NCBI GenBank assembly: GCA_040386535.1
Contig: JAZKFH010000002.1
Location: 32,001-96,000 of the forward strand
Direction of reading: 5' to 3'
DNA length: 64,000 bases
From: Myxococcota bacterium
GTDB lineage: Bacteria; Myxococcota_A; UBA796; SXON01
Below are positions 55,529 to 64,000 of this stretch, in pieces. Position 1 is the first letter of the stretch. Every line of letters starts with the position of its first letter. A model generated the notes under the pieces. It was given only the letters and a program-made list of their open reading frames with translations. It was not told the origin of the DNA and ran no database searches. The translations under genes were made by a program, and so were the position numbers.

Positions 55529-55825
55529 TCACGCCCCCGCCCACGGGTCCTTCGCGCGGGACGAGCCCATCGCGAGCTCCTGCTCGAGCTGCCGCACGCG
55601 CCTCCCGAGGCGGATCCCGCGGTACCCGAAGCCGGCGCCCGCGAGCAGCGCCCCCGCTCCGAACGCGCTCCAGATCAGGACGGACACGCTCACCGGGTTG
55701 GAGAGCCTCCACGCGGCGACCCAGAGGTCGAGCTGCAGCGGCGCACGGGAGCTGCTGTTCTGCAGCGTGAAGGCGGTCAGCACGACGGCGACCAGGAGCC
55801 CCAGCGTAAGCCATACCCAACGCAT
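55529..55825 (-). CDS. LapA (DUF1049) family membrane protein
   Basis: TM-FTLQNS-TM-coiled coil; located downstream of rpsA; GGAGG RBS. Confidence 0.75.
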   Translation of the reverse strand: MRWVWLTLGLLVAVVLTAFTLQNSSSRAPLQLDLWVAAWRLSNPVSVSVLIWSAFGAGALLAGAGFGYRGIRLGRRVRQLEQELAMGSSRAKDPWAGA

Positions 55826-55852
55826 CACGACCTCCAGGAGGAAACCGGCCCT

Positions 55853-55897
55853 CCACAAACGAGAACGGCCCGAGCCCCTGTGACAGGGTCGGGCCGT
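55853..55897 (-). terminator. Intrinsic terminator-like hairpin after rpsA
   Basis: ACGGCCCGA..CCCTG-TGA-CAGGG-TCGGGCCGT followed on the minus strand by TCTCGTTTGT. Confidence 0.6.
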
Positions 55898-55952
55898 CCT
55901 TCTGTTACCACCACGGGCCGCGCGAGGCGACCCGCGACGGTTCCGCTACTGC

Positions 55953-57677
55953 CTACTCGCCCCGTTCACGCATGCGGCGGGAGAGATCGCCCATGATGTC
56001 ACCGAGGCGGGCGCTGGAGTCACCCTGCTTGCGCAGGACTTCCTTCATGTCGCCACCCTTCGCGCGGTCGGCGGCCGAACGCTCGGAGAGGCTGACCTTG
56101 CGGTCGTGCGCGTCGATGTTGATGATCTCGGCCGCGATGTCCTGGTTGTCCACGTAGGTGGTCTGCCAGTCGCCGCTGCTGTTCGAGAGCTCGGAGTGGT
56201 GCACGAGGCCCTCCACGCCGTCCTCGAGCTCCACGAACACGCCGAAGTCGGCCTTGTGGACGACCTTGCCGTTGATGACCTGGCCCAGGTAGTACCGGGA
56301 GGGCACCGAGAGCCACGGATCTTCGGAGAGCTGCTTGATGCCGAGGCTGAAGCGCTCGTTGTCCACGTCGATGTTGAGGACGCGGGCCTCGACTTCGTCG
56401 CCCTTCTGGAACTTGTCCGAGGGGTGCTTGACGCGCTGGCCCCAGCTCATGTCCGAGATGTGCACCAGGCCGTCGATGCCCTCTTCGATGCCGATGAAGA
56501 CGCCGAAGTCCGTGATGTTGCGGACGCGACCGCGCACGATGGTACCGACCGGGTACTTCTCGGCGATGAGCTCCCAGGGGTTCGGCTCGAGCTGGCGCAT
56601 GCCGAGGCTGATGCGCTTGTTGTCGAGATCGATCCCGAGGACCTTGGCCTCGACCACGTCGGACTGGTTGACCAGCTTCGACGGGTTCTTGATGCGCTTG
56701 TTCCAGGTCATCTCGGAGATGTGGACCAGGCCCTCGATGCCGTCCTCGAGCTCGACGAAGGCGCCGTAATCCACGATGGAGACGACCTTGCCGCGGACGA
56801 TGGCGCCCACCGGGTACTTGTACTCGGCGTCCTCCCACGGGTCGGGGCGGATCTGCTTGTAGCCGAGGCTGACGCGCTGGGAATCCTCGTCGAACTTGAG
56901 GATCTTGACTTCGATCTGGGCGCCCACCTCGAAGATCTCGCTGGGGTGCTGGATGCGCCCGTAGCTCATGTCCGTGATGTGGAGCAGGCCGTCGATGCCG
57001 CCGAGGTCCACGAAGGCGCCGTAGTCGGTGATGTTCTTGATCGTGCCCATCATGATGGCGCCGACCTTGAGCGACTTGAGCGTCTCGTTCTTCTTCTCTT
57101 CGCGCTCGCGCTCGAGGAGGACGCGGCGGGACAGGACGATGTTCCCGCGCTTCTTGTTGAACTTGATGATCTTGAAGTCGTGGGTCTCGCCGATGAGACG
57201 GTCGAGGTTCTTGACCGGGCGCAGATCGACCTGCGAGCCGGGGAGGAACGCCTTGACGCCGATGTCGACGGCGAGGCCGCCCTTGACGCGGGAGATGATG
57301 GCGCCGCGGACAGTCTCGTCCTTCTCGACGGCCTTGGAGATCTCGTCCCAGGCCTTCATCAGGTCGGCCTTCTCCTTGGAGAGCTCCAGGAGGCCGTCTT
57401 CTTCGCCCATCTGGTCGAGGTACACGTCGACCGTGTCGCCGACCTTGACCGTCAGCTCGCCGGCCTCGTTCGTGAACTCGCGGCGGTTGATCACGCCTTC
57501 GGCCTTGTAGCCGATGTCCACGGTGACCATCTCGTCGCCGATCTCGATGATCGTGCCCTTGACGACGCTCTGCTCACGGACGGAGCGGTTGCCGAGGTAG
57601 TCGTCGAAGAAGCTCTTGAAGTCGTCGCGCTCGATCTGGTCGAGAGGGGCGTCGAGGTCGATGGTCTGGTTGCTCAT
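55953..57677 (-). CDS. rpsA: 30S ribosomal protein S1
   Basis: Six S1 repeats (YGAFVDLGGIDGLLHITD, EGLVHISE), AFLPGSQVD; start ATG 57677. Confidence 0.98.
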   Translation of the reverse strand: MSNQTIDLDAPLDQIERDDFKSFFDDYLGNRSVREQSVVKGTIIEIGDEMVTVDIGYKAEGVINRREFTNEAGELTVKVGDTVDVYLDQMGEEDGLLELSKEKADLMKAWDEISKAVEKDETVRGAIISRVKGGLAVDIGVKAFLPGSQVDLRPVKNLDRLIGETHDFKIIKFNKKRGNIVLSRRVLLEREREEKKNETLKSLKVGAIMMGTIKNITDYGAFVDLGGIDGLLHITDMSYGRIQHPSEIFEVGAQIEVKILKFDEDSQRVSLGYKQIRPDPWEDAEYKYPVGAIVRGKVVSIVDYGAFVELEDGIEGLVHISEMTWNKRIKNPSKLVNQSDVVEAKVLGIDLDNKRISLGMRQLEPNPWELIAEKYPVGTIVRGRVRNITDFGVFIGIEEGIDGLVHISDMSWGQRVKHPSDKFQKGDEVEARVLNIDVDNERFSLGIKQLSEDPWLSVPSRYYLGQVINGKVVHKADFGVFVELEDGVEGLVHHSELSNSSGDWQTTYVDNQDIAAEIINIDAHDRKVSLSERSAADRAKGGDMKEVLRKQGDSSARLGDIMGDLSRRMRERGE

Positions 57678-57865
57678 GAAGGGTTTGATCCGCGCCGGGC
57701 AAGCCGGCGGACGTGGGTAGCGAGGAGGAGGGTTTATACGCGGCCGGAGGACCCTGGTTCCGTGGACCGCCTGGGAGGCGAACCCGAAGGAGCAGGTTTC
57801 CGACCTCGGTACGCGGCACATCCTCAACTTGCGCCGTGACCGACACCCGCACAGTACGGGGAGCC
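57678..57865 (-). promoter_or_regulatory. Structured SD-less rpsA 5' leader
   Basis: Several stems and a CTTCGG motif; GATCAAACCCTTC immediately before ATG. Confidence 0.55.
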
Positions 57866-57868
57866 GGG

Positions 57869-57897
57869 GGTTTATCCACGCGTGCACCACGCGTCAA
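57869..57897 (-). promoter_or_regulatory. sigma70-type promoter of rpsA
   Basis: TTGACG-N17-TAAACC. Confidence 0.65.
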
Positions 57898-57949
57898 GGG
57901 GTGTCAAGCGCCCCCCGTCGAGGTGGACGGAAAATGTCCTGGCCGGGAA

Positions 57950-59023
57950 TCAGCGCAGCCGCTCCGCCAGCATCCCCGTGAAGACGCCGGCGCCCTCCGC
58001 GGAGAGGTGGTCGAAGTCGGTGAACGCGACGTCCTCACGATCGGCGAAGGTGTCGGTCGCGTCCCATACGACCACGGGCGTGTGCGCGCGCGATGCGATG
58101 GCCTGCACCGACGCACGCAGGTCGGTGCGGACCGTGGCCGGGACGGCGTCGCGGAGCCGCGCACGCACGGGCGGGAGGACGAGCACCGTGCGGCCGGCGC
58201 CCGCGCCCTCGATCGTGCGCTCCAGCACGCCCAGACAGAGGTCGCTCACCTCGGGGACGTAGCTCTCCAGCGGCCCGCCGAGCAGGAACCGCCGGCGCTT
58301 GTCGATGCGCTCCGCCGTGAGATCCGGGATGGGCTCCCCTTCCCACCGTGCTGGCGGCGCGAAACCCTGCGCGATCCCGGGGAGATCCGCGACGAGGCGC
58401 AGCGCGTGCCCGGGCCGCTTCGCATGATCGACCAGATCGCGGCGGCGCCCCGACGTCATGATCCATCGGTGTGGGAGCCAGCCCATCGCCACTTCCGGGG
58501 CGAGCTCCGCGTCGGGACCGAGCATGTGTCGCGCGGAGGACCACCACCCCGCCCGCATGGGCACGCCGTCGAGCTCCGGGCGCCCGCAGGCCACCGTGTC
58601 GAAGAGCAGCGGCGACACTTCGATGACGAGGTGGGCGAGCCCCGGCGAGGCGGCGCTGGACGCGAGCATGCGCGGGTACGTGCGCGGGATGGAGGCCTGC
58701 TCGACGGCGTGGCGCGCGACACGCACCCACGGGTGGCCCGATGCCTCCGCGAGCGCGTAGACATCGAGGTCGAGGCCCATCTGGGAGCTGCCGAGGATCA
58801 CGCCCTCGACCGCGCCGGGGCCGGTCGGGAGGTCGCCGTTCCAGAACGCGTCGCTGTCCTCGCAGTGGGGCTCGTGCGCCGAGAACGCCGCCCACACCGC
58901 GACGGGCGCGACCAGGAGCACGGCCGCGAGGCCGCCCAGCCACGCCACGAGCGCCCGCGCCGAGGACGGACGCGTCACGACGGCGTCGGGCGCCTCAGAA
59001 GTTGAAGTAGATGAACGGGGCAT
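57950..59023 (-). CDS. SGNH-like (DltD/AlgJ/PatB-type) acyl-transfer partner protein
   Basis: N-terminal TM, ILGSSQ, C-terminal FTDFDHLS (DxxH); adjacent to MBOAT; start uncertain. Confidence 0.68.
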   Translation of the reverse strand: MPRSSTSTSEAPDAVVTRPSSARALVAWLGGLAAVLLVAPVAVWAAFSAHEPHCEDSDAFWNGDLPTGPGAVEGVILGSSQMGLDLDVYALAEASGHPWVRVARHAVEQASIPRTYPRMLASSAASPGLAHLVIEVSPLLFDTVACGRPELDGVPMRAGWWSSARHMLGPDAELAPEVAMGWLPHRWIMTSGRRRDLVDHAKRPGHALRLVADLPGIAQGFAPPARWEGEPIPDLTAERIDKRRRFLLGGPLESYVPEVSDLCLGVLERTIEGAGAGRTVLVLPPVRARLRDAVPATVRTDLRASVQAIASRAHTPVVVWDATDTFADREDVAFTDFDHLSAEGAGVFTGMLAERLR

Positions 59024-60416
59024 CGGCCTGCTTGAAGGCGACGAACGCGATGTACGCGGCCCCCGCGAGGACGCCCTGCGCGAACGCCGCGCGGGGCCAG
59101 GGGACGGTGAGAGTGGGCCGCGCGTACGCGACCAGGTGCAACCCCACGACGACGACGAACAGCGCCGCCTGGGTGGGCGACACCACGAGCGTGCTGGCGC
59201 CCGCGGCGCCCGAGACGAGGCGCGTCAGGTAGGCCCAGGAGGCCTCGACCGTGGGGGCGCGGAAGAAGATCCACGCGACGCCCACGGTGGTCATGGTCAG
59301 CCCCCAGCCGACGAGATCACCGAGCGGCGAGGCCCAGAAGCGCGTGTGCGCGGGGGTCTCCACCCGCTCGCGGTACAGGTATGCGATCGCCTGGCCGAAG
59401 CCGTGGATCGCGCCCCACACCACGAAGGTCCAGTTGGCGCCGTGCCAGAAGCCGCCGATGAGCATCGTGGCCGAGAGCGCGAACAGCGTGCGCGCGAGCC
59501 CGTGCCGGCTCCCGCCGAGCGGGATGTACAGGTAGTCGCGCAAAAAACGGGAGAGCGAGATGTGCCAGCGCCGCCAGAACTCCTGGAGCGAACGCGCGAT
59601 GTACGGCGCGTCGAAGTTGTCCGGAAAGTGGATGCCGAACATCCGGGCGAGGCCGACGGCCATCTGCGAGTAGCCCGAGAAGTCGAAGTAGATCTGGAGG
59701 GCGTAGGCCAACAGCCCCACGCCGAGGTCGAACGAGCCGTAGCTGCCCGGCGCGTTGAACGTCGCGTCCGCGAGCAGCGCGAACTGGTCGGCGAAGATGA
59801 CCTTTCGCCCGAACCCGAGCACGAAGTCCTTCGCGCCGGCCATCAGGTCGTCGAGGGTCGACGGCTCCTTGAGGCGCTCGAGCTGCGGGAGGATCTCGGC
59901 CGCGCGCACGATCGGCCCGCTCACGAGGTGCGGGAAGAACATGATGAACGTGGCGAGCTCACGCAGCGAGCGCGTGGGCGTCAGGAGGCCCCGGTACACG
60001 TCGACCGTGTAGGAGATCGCCTGGAACACGTAGAAGCTGATGCCGAGCGGCAGGATGAGGTGCGGCACCGGCACCGACCAGCTGGTCCCGAGCAGGGAGA
60101 AGCCCCCGTTGAGGACCGTGGCGCCAAAACCCAGGTACTTGAAGAACCCGAGCATCCCGAGGTTCATCACGACCGAGGTGATGACCAGGGCGCGGCGGAC
60201 GCGCGGGCGGGACTCCGCGCCGAGGCGGAGCGCGATGACGTAGTCGACGAGGATGTTCGCGAAGAGGAGCCCGAGAAAACCGACGCTCCAGGACGCGTAG
60301 AACCACACGCAGAACCCGAGCAGGAGCCAGCGTCGGACCTCGGGATGTCGCACCGCCGCCATCGTCACGAGCACGAGCGTGAGGAAGACGAAGAACTCGT
60401 CGGAGATGAAGAGCAC
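58995..60416 (-). CDS. MBOAT family O-acyltransferase (AlgI/DltB/PatA-like)
   Basis: LPLGISFYVFQ, FFPHLVSGPI, QIYFDFSGYS, FWRRWHISLS, GFWHGA. Confidence 0.95.
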   Translation of the reverse strand: MLFISDEFFVFLTLVLVTMAAVRHPEVRRWLLLGFCVWFYASWSVGFLGLLFANILVDYVIALRLGAESRPRVRRALVITSVVMNLGMLGFFKYLGFGATVLNGGFSLLGTSWSVPVPHLILPLGISFYVFQAISYTVDVYRGLLTPTRSLRELATFIMFFPHLVSGPIVRAAEILPQLERLKEPSTLDDLMAGAKDFVLGFGRKVIFADQFALLADATFNAPGSYGSFDLGVGLLAYALQIYFDFSGYSQMAVGLARMFGIHFPDNFDAPYIARSLQEFWRRWHISLSRFLRDYLYIPLGGSRHGLARTLFALSATMLIGGFWHGANWTFVVWGAIHGFGQAIAYLYRERVETPAHTRFWASPLGDLVGWGLTMTTVGVAWIFFRAPTVEASWAYLTRLVSGAAGASTLVVSPTQAALFVVVVGLHLVAYARPTLTVPWPRAAFAQGVLAGAAYIAFVAFKQADAPFIYFNF

Positions 60417-60424
60417 GCGGGAGT

Positions 60425-61096
60425 TTAGCGCTCCCTCGACGTCCGCGCGGCTTCCACGAGCGCGAGCACCTGCTCCACGACCTCGTCGATGGTGTGGCCG
60501 GTCGTGTCGACCCGCACGGCGTCGTCCGCCTGGCGTAGCGGCGCGGTGCTGCGGCCCGAGTCCTGGGCATCCCGCGCTTCGAGCTCGGCGCGAACGCCCT
60601 CGTACGTGCTCCCCGGCAGCTCTGCGTGCCGACGACGTGCGCGCTCCTCGAGCGCGGCGTCGAGGAAGATCTTCAGGTCGGCCTCGGGGAGCACGACGGT
60701 GCCGATGTCCCGGCCGTCCATCACCACGCCGCCGCCGGCGCCGAGATCGCGCTGTGTCTGGAGCAGCGCCGACCGCACGCCGGGATGTACGGCCACGGCC
60801 GACGCGGCCGATCCGACGCGCTCGTTGCGGATGGCGGCGGTCACGTCCTCGCGGTCGGAGAGCACGCGGAGCTTGCCCTTGTGCCAGTCGAACCCGAAGC
60901 GGAGCGCCTCGGCGATCCGCGTGGTGGCCTCGGCGTCCGCGGGGTCGACCGAGGCGCGGATCGCCTGGAGGCCGACGGCCCGGTACATCGCGCCGGTGTC
61001 GACATACGCGTAGCCGAGGCTCTCGGCGACGCGGCGGGCGACGGTCCCCTTCCCCGAAGAGGCGGGCCCGTCGATGGCGATGGTGAGCTCACGCAC
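60425..61096 (-). CDS. cmk: Cytidylate kinase
   Basis: IDGPASSGKGT, DTGAMYR, DGRDIGTVV. Confidence 0.97.
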   Translation of the reverse strand: MRELTIAIDGPASSGKGTVARRVAESLGYAYVDTGAMYRAVGLQAIRASVDPADAEATTRIAEALRFGFDWHKGKLRVLSDREDVTAAIRNERVGSAASAVAVHPGVRSALLQTQRDLGAGGGVVMDGRDIGTVVLPEADLKIFLDAALEERARRRHAELPGSTYEGVRAELEARDAQDSGRSTAPLRQADDAVRVDTTGHTIDEVVEQVLALVEAARTSRER

Positions 61097-62351
61097 CGGC
61101 GAACCTCGCGAGGGTGGAGTGGAACGATGGGTAGGAGGTCGCGATGCATGCGGTGTCGCCCACGTGCACGCCGAGCCGCAGCCCCGCGATGGCGAATGCC
61201 ATGGCGATGCGATGATCGCCCGCGCTCTCGATGGATGCTGACGATCGCGCCGCCGCGTCGGGCGCCCCCCGCACGACGAGCCCGTCGGGACGCGCGTCTG
61301 CGTCGAACCCGAGCGCGCGCAGCCCCGCCACGGTGGTCGCCACGCGGTCGGACTCCTTCACACGGAGCTCGGCGGCGTCGGCGAAGATCGTCTCCCCGTC
61401 CGCGAACGCGGCCGCGACGGCGAGCACCGGGATCTCGTCGATGAGGCGGGGGATGAGCGGCCCGTCGATCCGGGTGGCCCGCAACGCGCCGCCGCGCACG
61501 CGCACGGTGCCGTAGGGCTCGGGCGCATCGACCGCGTCGACCTCGATGGAGGCGCCCATGCGTACCAGCACGTCGATCACGCCGGTGCGCGTGGGGTTCA
61601 GGCCGACGTTCTCGATCACGAGATCCGAGCCCGGCACGATGGCGGCGGCGACCATCCAGAACGCGGCGCTCGACACGTCCCCCGGGACCGTGATCGCGAG
61701 GGCGTCCAGCGGGCCGGCGCTCACGATGAGGGCGTTGCCTTCCCGCCGCAGCGGCGCGCCCATGGCGGTCAACAGGCGCTCCGTGTGGTCCCGGGTCGCG
61801 ACGGGCTCGACGTAGCTCGTCTCCCCTTCCGCGCCGAGGCCGGCGAGCAGCACGGCCGACTTGACCTGCGCGGACGCCACCGTCGCCTCCACCGTGATCC
61901 CGTTCAGCCTACGTTTGTCCACGGTGATCGGCAAGCCGGGCCCGCCGGTGAAGGCGGCGCCCATCCTCCCGAGCGGGTCGAGGACGCGCCGCATGGGGCG
62001 GCCGCGGAGCGAGGTGTCCCCGTCGAGCGTGGCGCCCGCGCGGGGCGCGAGCGCGCCGAGGAGCAGGCGGGCGGTCGTGCCCGAGTTCCCGCAGTCGATC
62101 CGGCCGGCGTCCCGCCACGGCGCGCCCGTCACGTGCCAACTCTGCGGGCCGACGGTCGATGCGTCACACCCCAACGCCCGCACCGCCGCGATCGTGGCGA
62201 GCACGTCGTCTCCCTCCAGGAGCCCGGTGATCCGCGTCGTCCCGCGCGCGAGCGCCCCGAAGAGCACCGCGCGATGCGAGATGGACTTGTCACCCGGCAC
62301 CCGCAGCCGGCCGCGGAGGGGGTGGGGAGCGGGCCGGACGGTGAGCGACAT
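61089..62351 (-). CDS. aroA: 3-phosphoshikimate 1-carboxyvinyltransferase (EPSP synthase, class II-like)
   Basis: PGDKSISHR, DCGNSGT, SAQVKS, RDHTE, LRVKESDR, DHRIAM. Confidence 0.97.
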   Translation of the reverse strand: MSLTVRPAPHPLRGRLRVPGDKSISHRAVLFGALARGTTRITGLLEGDDVLATIAAVRALGCDASTVGPQSWHVTGAPWRDAGRIDCGNSGTTARLLLGALAPRAGATLDGDTSLRGRPMRRVLDPLGRMGAAFTGGPGLPITVDKRRLNGITVEATVASAQVKSAVLLAGLGAEGETSYVEPVATRDHTERLLTAMGAPLRREGNALIVSAGPLDALAITVPGDVSSAAFWMVAAAIVPGSDLVIENVGLNPTRTGVIDVLVRMGASIEVDAVDAPEPYGTVRVRGGALRATRIDGPLIPRLIDEIPVLAVAAAFADGETIFADAAELRVKESDRVATTVAGLRALGFDADARPDGLVVRGAPDAAARSSASIESAGDHRIAMAFAIAGLRLGVHVGDTACIATSYPSFHSTLARFAGA

Positions 62352-62388
62352 TCGCGCCGGCTCCTATCGCGTCCGAGCGCTCGCGCTC

Positions 62389-63348
62389 CTAGCCACGGTC
62401 CTCGATCGCGCCGAGACGGCGGAAGTGTTCGTACCGATCCGCCCGGAGCTCAGCCGGCGTCAGGCCGTCCAGCGAGGCGAGATGACGCTCCACGGCGTCC
62501 CCGAGCGCGCGGATGGCCTCCTGCTGGGCGCGGTGGGCGCCACCGGGCGGCTCCGTGATCACCTCGTCCGCGACGCCCAGGGCGTGGCAGTCGTGCGACG
62601 TGATCTTGAGCGCTTCGGCCGCGCGCGGCCCCTCCGCGCGGTCGTGCCAGAGGATCGCGGCGCACCCTTCGGGCGAGATGACGGAGTACGTCGAGTGCTC
62701 CAGCATCAGCACGCGGTTGCCGACGCCGATCGCGAGCGCGCCGCCGCTGCCGCCCTCGCCGATGACGCAGCACACGATGGGGACGCGGAAGGTCGACATC
62801 TCCATGATGTTCCGCGCGATGGCCTCGGCCTGGCCGCGCGCCTCCGCGTCGATGCCCGGGTAGGCGCCCGGCGTGTCGATCAGCGTGATGATCGGCAGCC
62901 CGAACCGATCGGCGAGCATCATCAGGCGCAGCGCCTTGCGGTAGCCGTCCGGCAGGGCCATGCCGAAGTTGCGCGTGACGTTCTCCTTCGTGTTCCGGCC
63001 CTTCTGGTGGCCGATGAGCACGACGCGCCGCGTCCCGAACATACCGATGCCGCCGACGATCGCCTGGTCGTCGTGCCCGGCGCGGTCCCCGTGCAGCTCG
63101 GTCCAGTCGGTGAGCCAGCCCTTCACGTAGTCGAGCGTGTAGGGGCGCGCCGGGTGCCGCGAGAGCAGGGCGCGCTGCCAGGGGGTCAACGACGCGAAGA
63201 TCTGGCGCTGGAGGCGCTCCGCCTTCTTCTCCAGCTCACCGATGGAGGCGCCGAGATCGGTCCCCTCGGCGGACTGGGCGGCCCGGAGGGCCTCGATGCG
63301 ACGCGTGAGCTCCACGAGGGGGCGCTCGAAGTCGAGCACGAGCTCCAC
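62389..63348 (-). CDS. accA: Acetyl-CoA carboxylase carboxyltransferase alpha subunit
   Basis: LDFERP, RHPARP, ELHGDR, DTPGAYPG, GEGGSGGALA, VISPEGCA. Confidence 0.97.
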   Translation of the reverse strand: MELVLDFERPLVELTRRIEALRAAQSAEGTDLGASIGELEKKAERLQRQIFASLTPWQRALLSRHPARPYTLDYVKGWLTDWTELHGDRAGHDDQAIVGGIGMFGTRRVVLIGHQKGRNTKENVTRNFGMALPDGYRKALRLMMLADRFGLPIITLIDTPGAYPGIDAEARGQAEAIARNIMEMSTFRVPIVCCVIGEGGSGGALAIGVGNRVLMLEHSTYSVISPEGCAAILWHDRAEGPRAAEALKITSHDCHALGVADEVITEPPGGAHRAQQEAIRALGDAVERHLASLDGLTPAELRADRYEHFRRLGAIEDRG

Positions 63349-63351
63349 GTG

Positions 63352-63825
63352 CTACTCCCGCATCTGTTGGGTGAGGTAGTTCGGGAGGCCCACCTGACGG
63401 ATGGTCTCGAGCTGGGTCTCGAGCCAGTCGATGTGCTCCTCCTCGCTCACGAGGATCTTCTCGAGCAGGGCGCGCGTGCCGTTGTCGCCCGCCGCCGTCG
63501 CGAGCTGGATGCCCTTGTTGAGGCGCTCCACCGCGGCGTACTCGAGCGCGACGTCGCTCTGGAACTGCTCGTCGACCGTCTCGCCGACGTTGAGCTTGTA
63601 GAGGCGCTGGAGGTTGGGCACGCCATCGAGGAACAGGATGCGCTCCATGATCGCCTCGGCGTGCTTCATCTCGTCGATGCTCTCGTGACGGATGAACGCG
63701 TGCAGCTTCTTGTAGCCCCAGTTCCCGCACATCTTCGCGTGCACGAAATACTGGTTGATCGCGGTGAGCTCGGCGGAGAGGACGTCGTTGAGCACGTCTA
63801 CGAGCTGGGGATCCTTGGGCGTCAC
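63352..63825 (-). CDS. bfr: Bacterioferritin
   Basis: [40 protein letters not shown]. Confidence 0.97.
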   Translation of the reverse strand: MTPKDPQLVDVLNDVLSAELTAINQYFVHAKMCGNWGYKKLHAFIRHESIDEMKHAEAIMERILFLDGVPNLQRLYKLNVGETVDEQFQSDVALEYAAVERLNKGIQLATAAGDNGTRALLEKILVSEEEHIDWLETQLETIRQVGLPNYLTQQMRE

Positions 63826-63873
63826 GGGAACCTCGGGGGCGGTCTGGACCGCTAACTCACTTGGCCCCCGGAC

Positions 63874-63999
63874 TCACTTGGCCGCGAGATGTTCCGACGC
63901 GCCGCCGCCGGCGGCTTCACATGCACGCACCGCCCGTGCGCTCCGCGCGTCCTCCAGCATGCCCACGATGTCCATGCGACAGGAGCCGCATGCCGTGCC
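63874..63999 (-). CDS. bfd: Bacterioferritin-associated ferredoxin, 3' part (runs off the right edge; not in ORF track)
   Basis: Manual translation GTACGSCRMDIVGMLE...K*; directly upstream of bfr. Confidence 0.8.
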   Translation of the reverse strand, partial: GTACGSCRMDIVGMLEDARSARAVRACEAAGGGASEHLAAK

Positions 64000-64000
64000 C

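Noticed and set aside
57775..57800. CCGAAGGAGCAG resembling SRP RNA domain IV
   Set aside because: Lacks the upstream CAGG half of the motif and the long SRP stem; better explained as the antisense of the rpsA leader
1..64000. tRNA, rRNA, CRISPR arrays, IS elements, integrases, prophage
   Set aside because: No recognisable motifs found by eye and intergenic gaps are short; tRNAscan-SE/Infernal would be needed to exclude small RNAs fully

Overview
A very GC-rich (roughly 70%+ by eye) chromosomal window from a probable Myxococcota-like bacterium, judged from a MYXO-CTERM-like tail, MopE-type DCDD motifs, PEGA/FG-GAP proteins and many short-signal lipoproteins. About 53 CDSs can be supported. 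Most other long ORFs in the supplied track are antisense or shadow frames. I found no rRNA, tRNA, CRISPR array, transposase or prophage. Housekeeping content: nth, a yfgM-bamB-like pair, truC-like, tesB, and a bfd-bfr-accA-aroA-cmk-[MBOAT-SGNH]-rpsA-lapA block. Main observations: (1) a translationally coupled 4-gene operon (26.4-35.4 kb) pairing a divergent but intact Hsp90/GHKL ATPase with a 1822-aa protein made of a degenerate GHKL domain plus about 7 tandem Hsp90-middle-domain-like repeats (sacsin-like logic), the best candidate for an undescribed system; (2) a 28-bp dif-like XerCD site at 875-902, suggesting the window abuts the replication terminus; (3) an animal-type protein-arginine deiminase lipoprotein in an operon with a secreted HEAT-repeat protein; (4) a phosphoglucose-isomerase homolog that has lost all three catalytic residues; (5) a 4x His-repeat lipoprotein, a structured SD-less rpsA leader, a twin TetR operator and several short intergenic tandem repeats. 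All family calls are by-eye motif recognition, not database searches, and many start codons were re-chosen manually.
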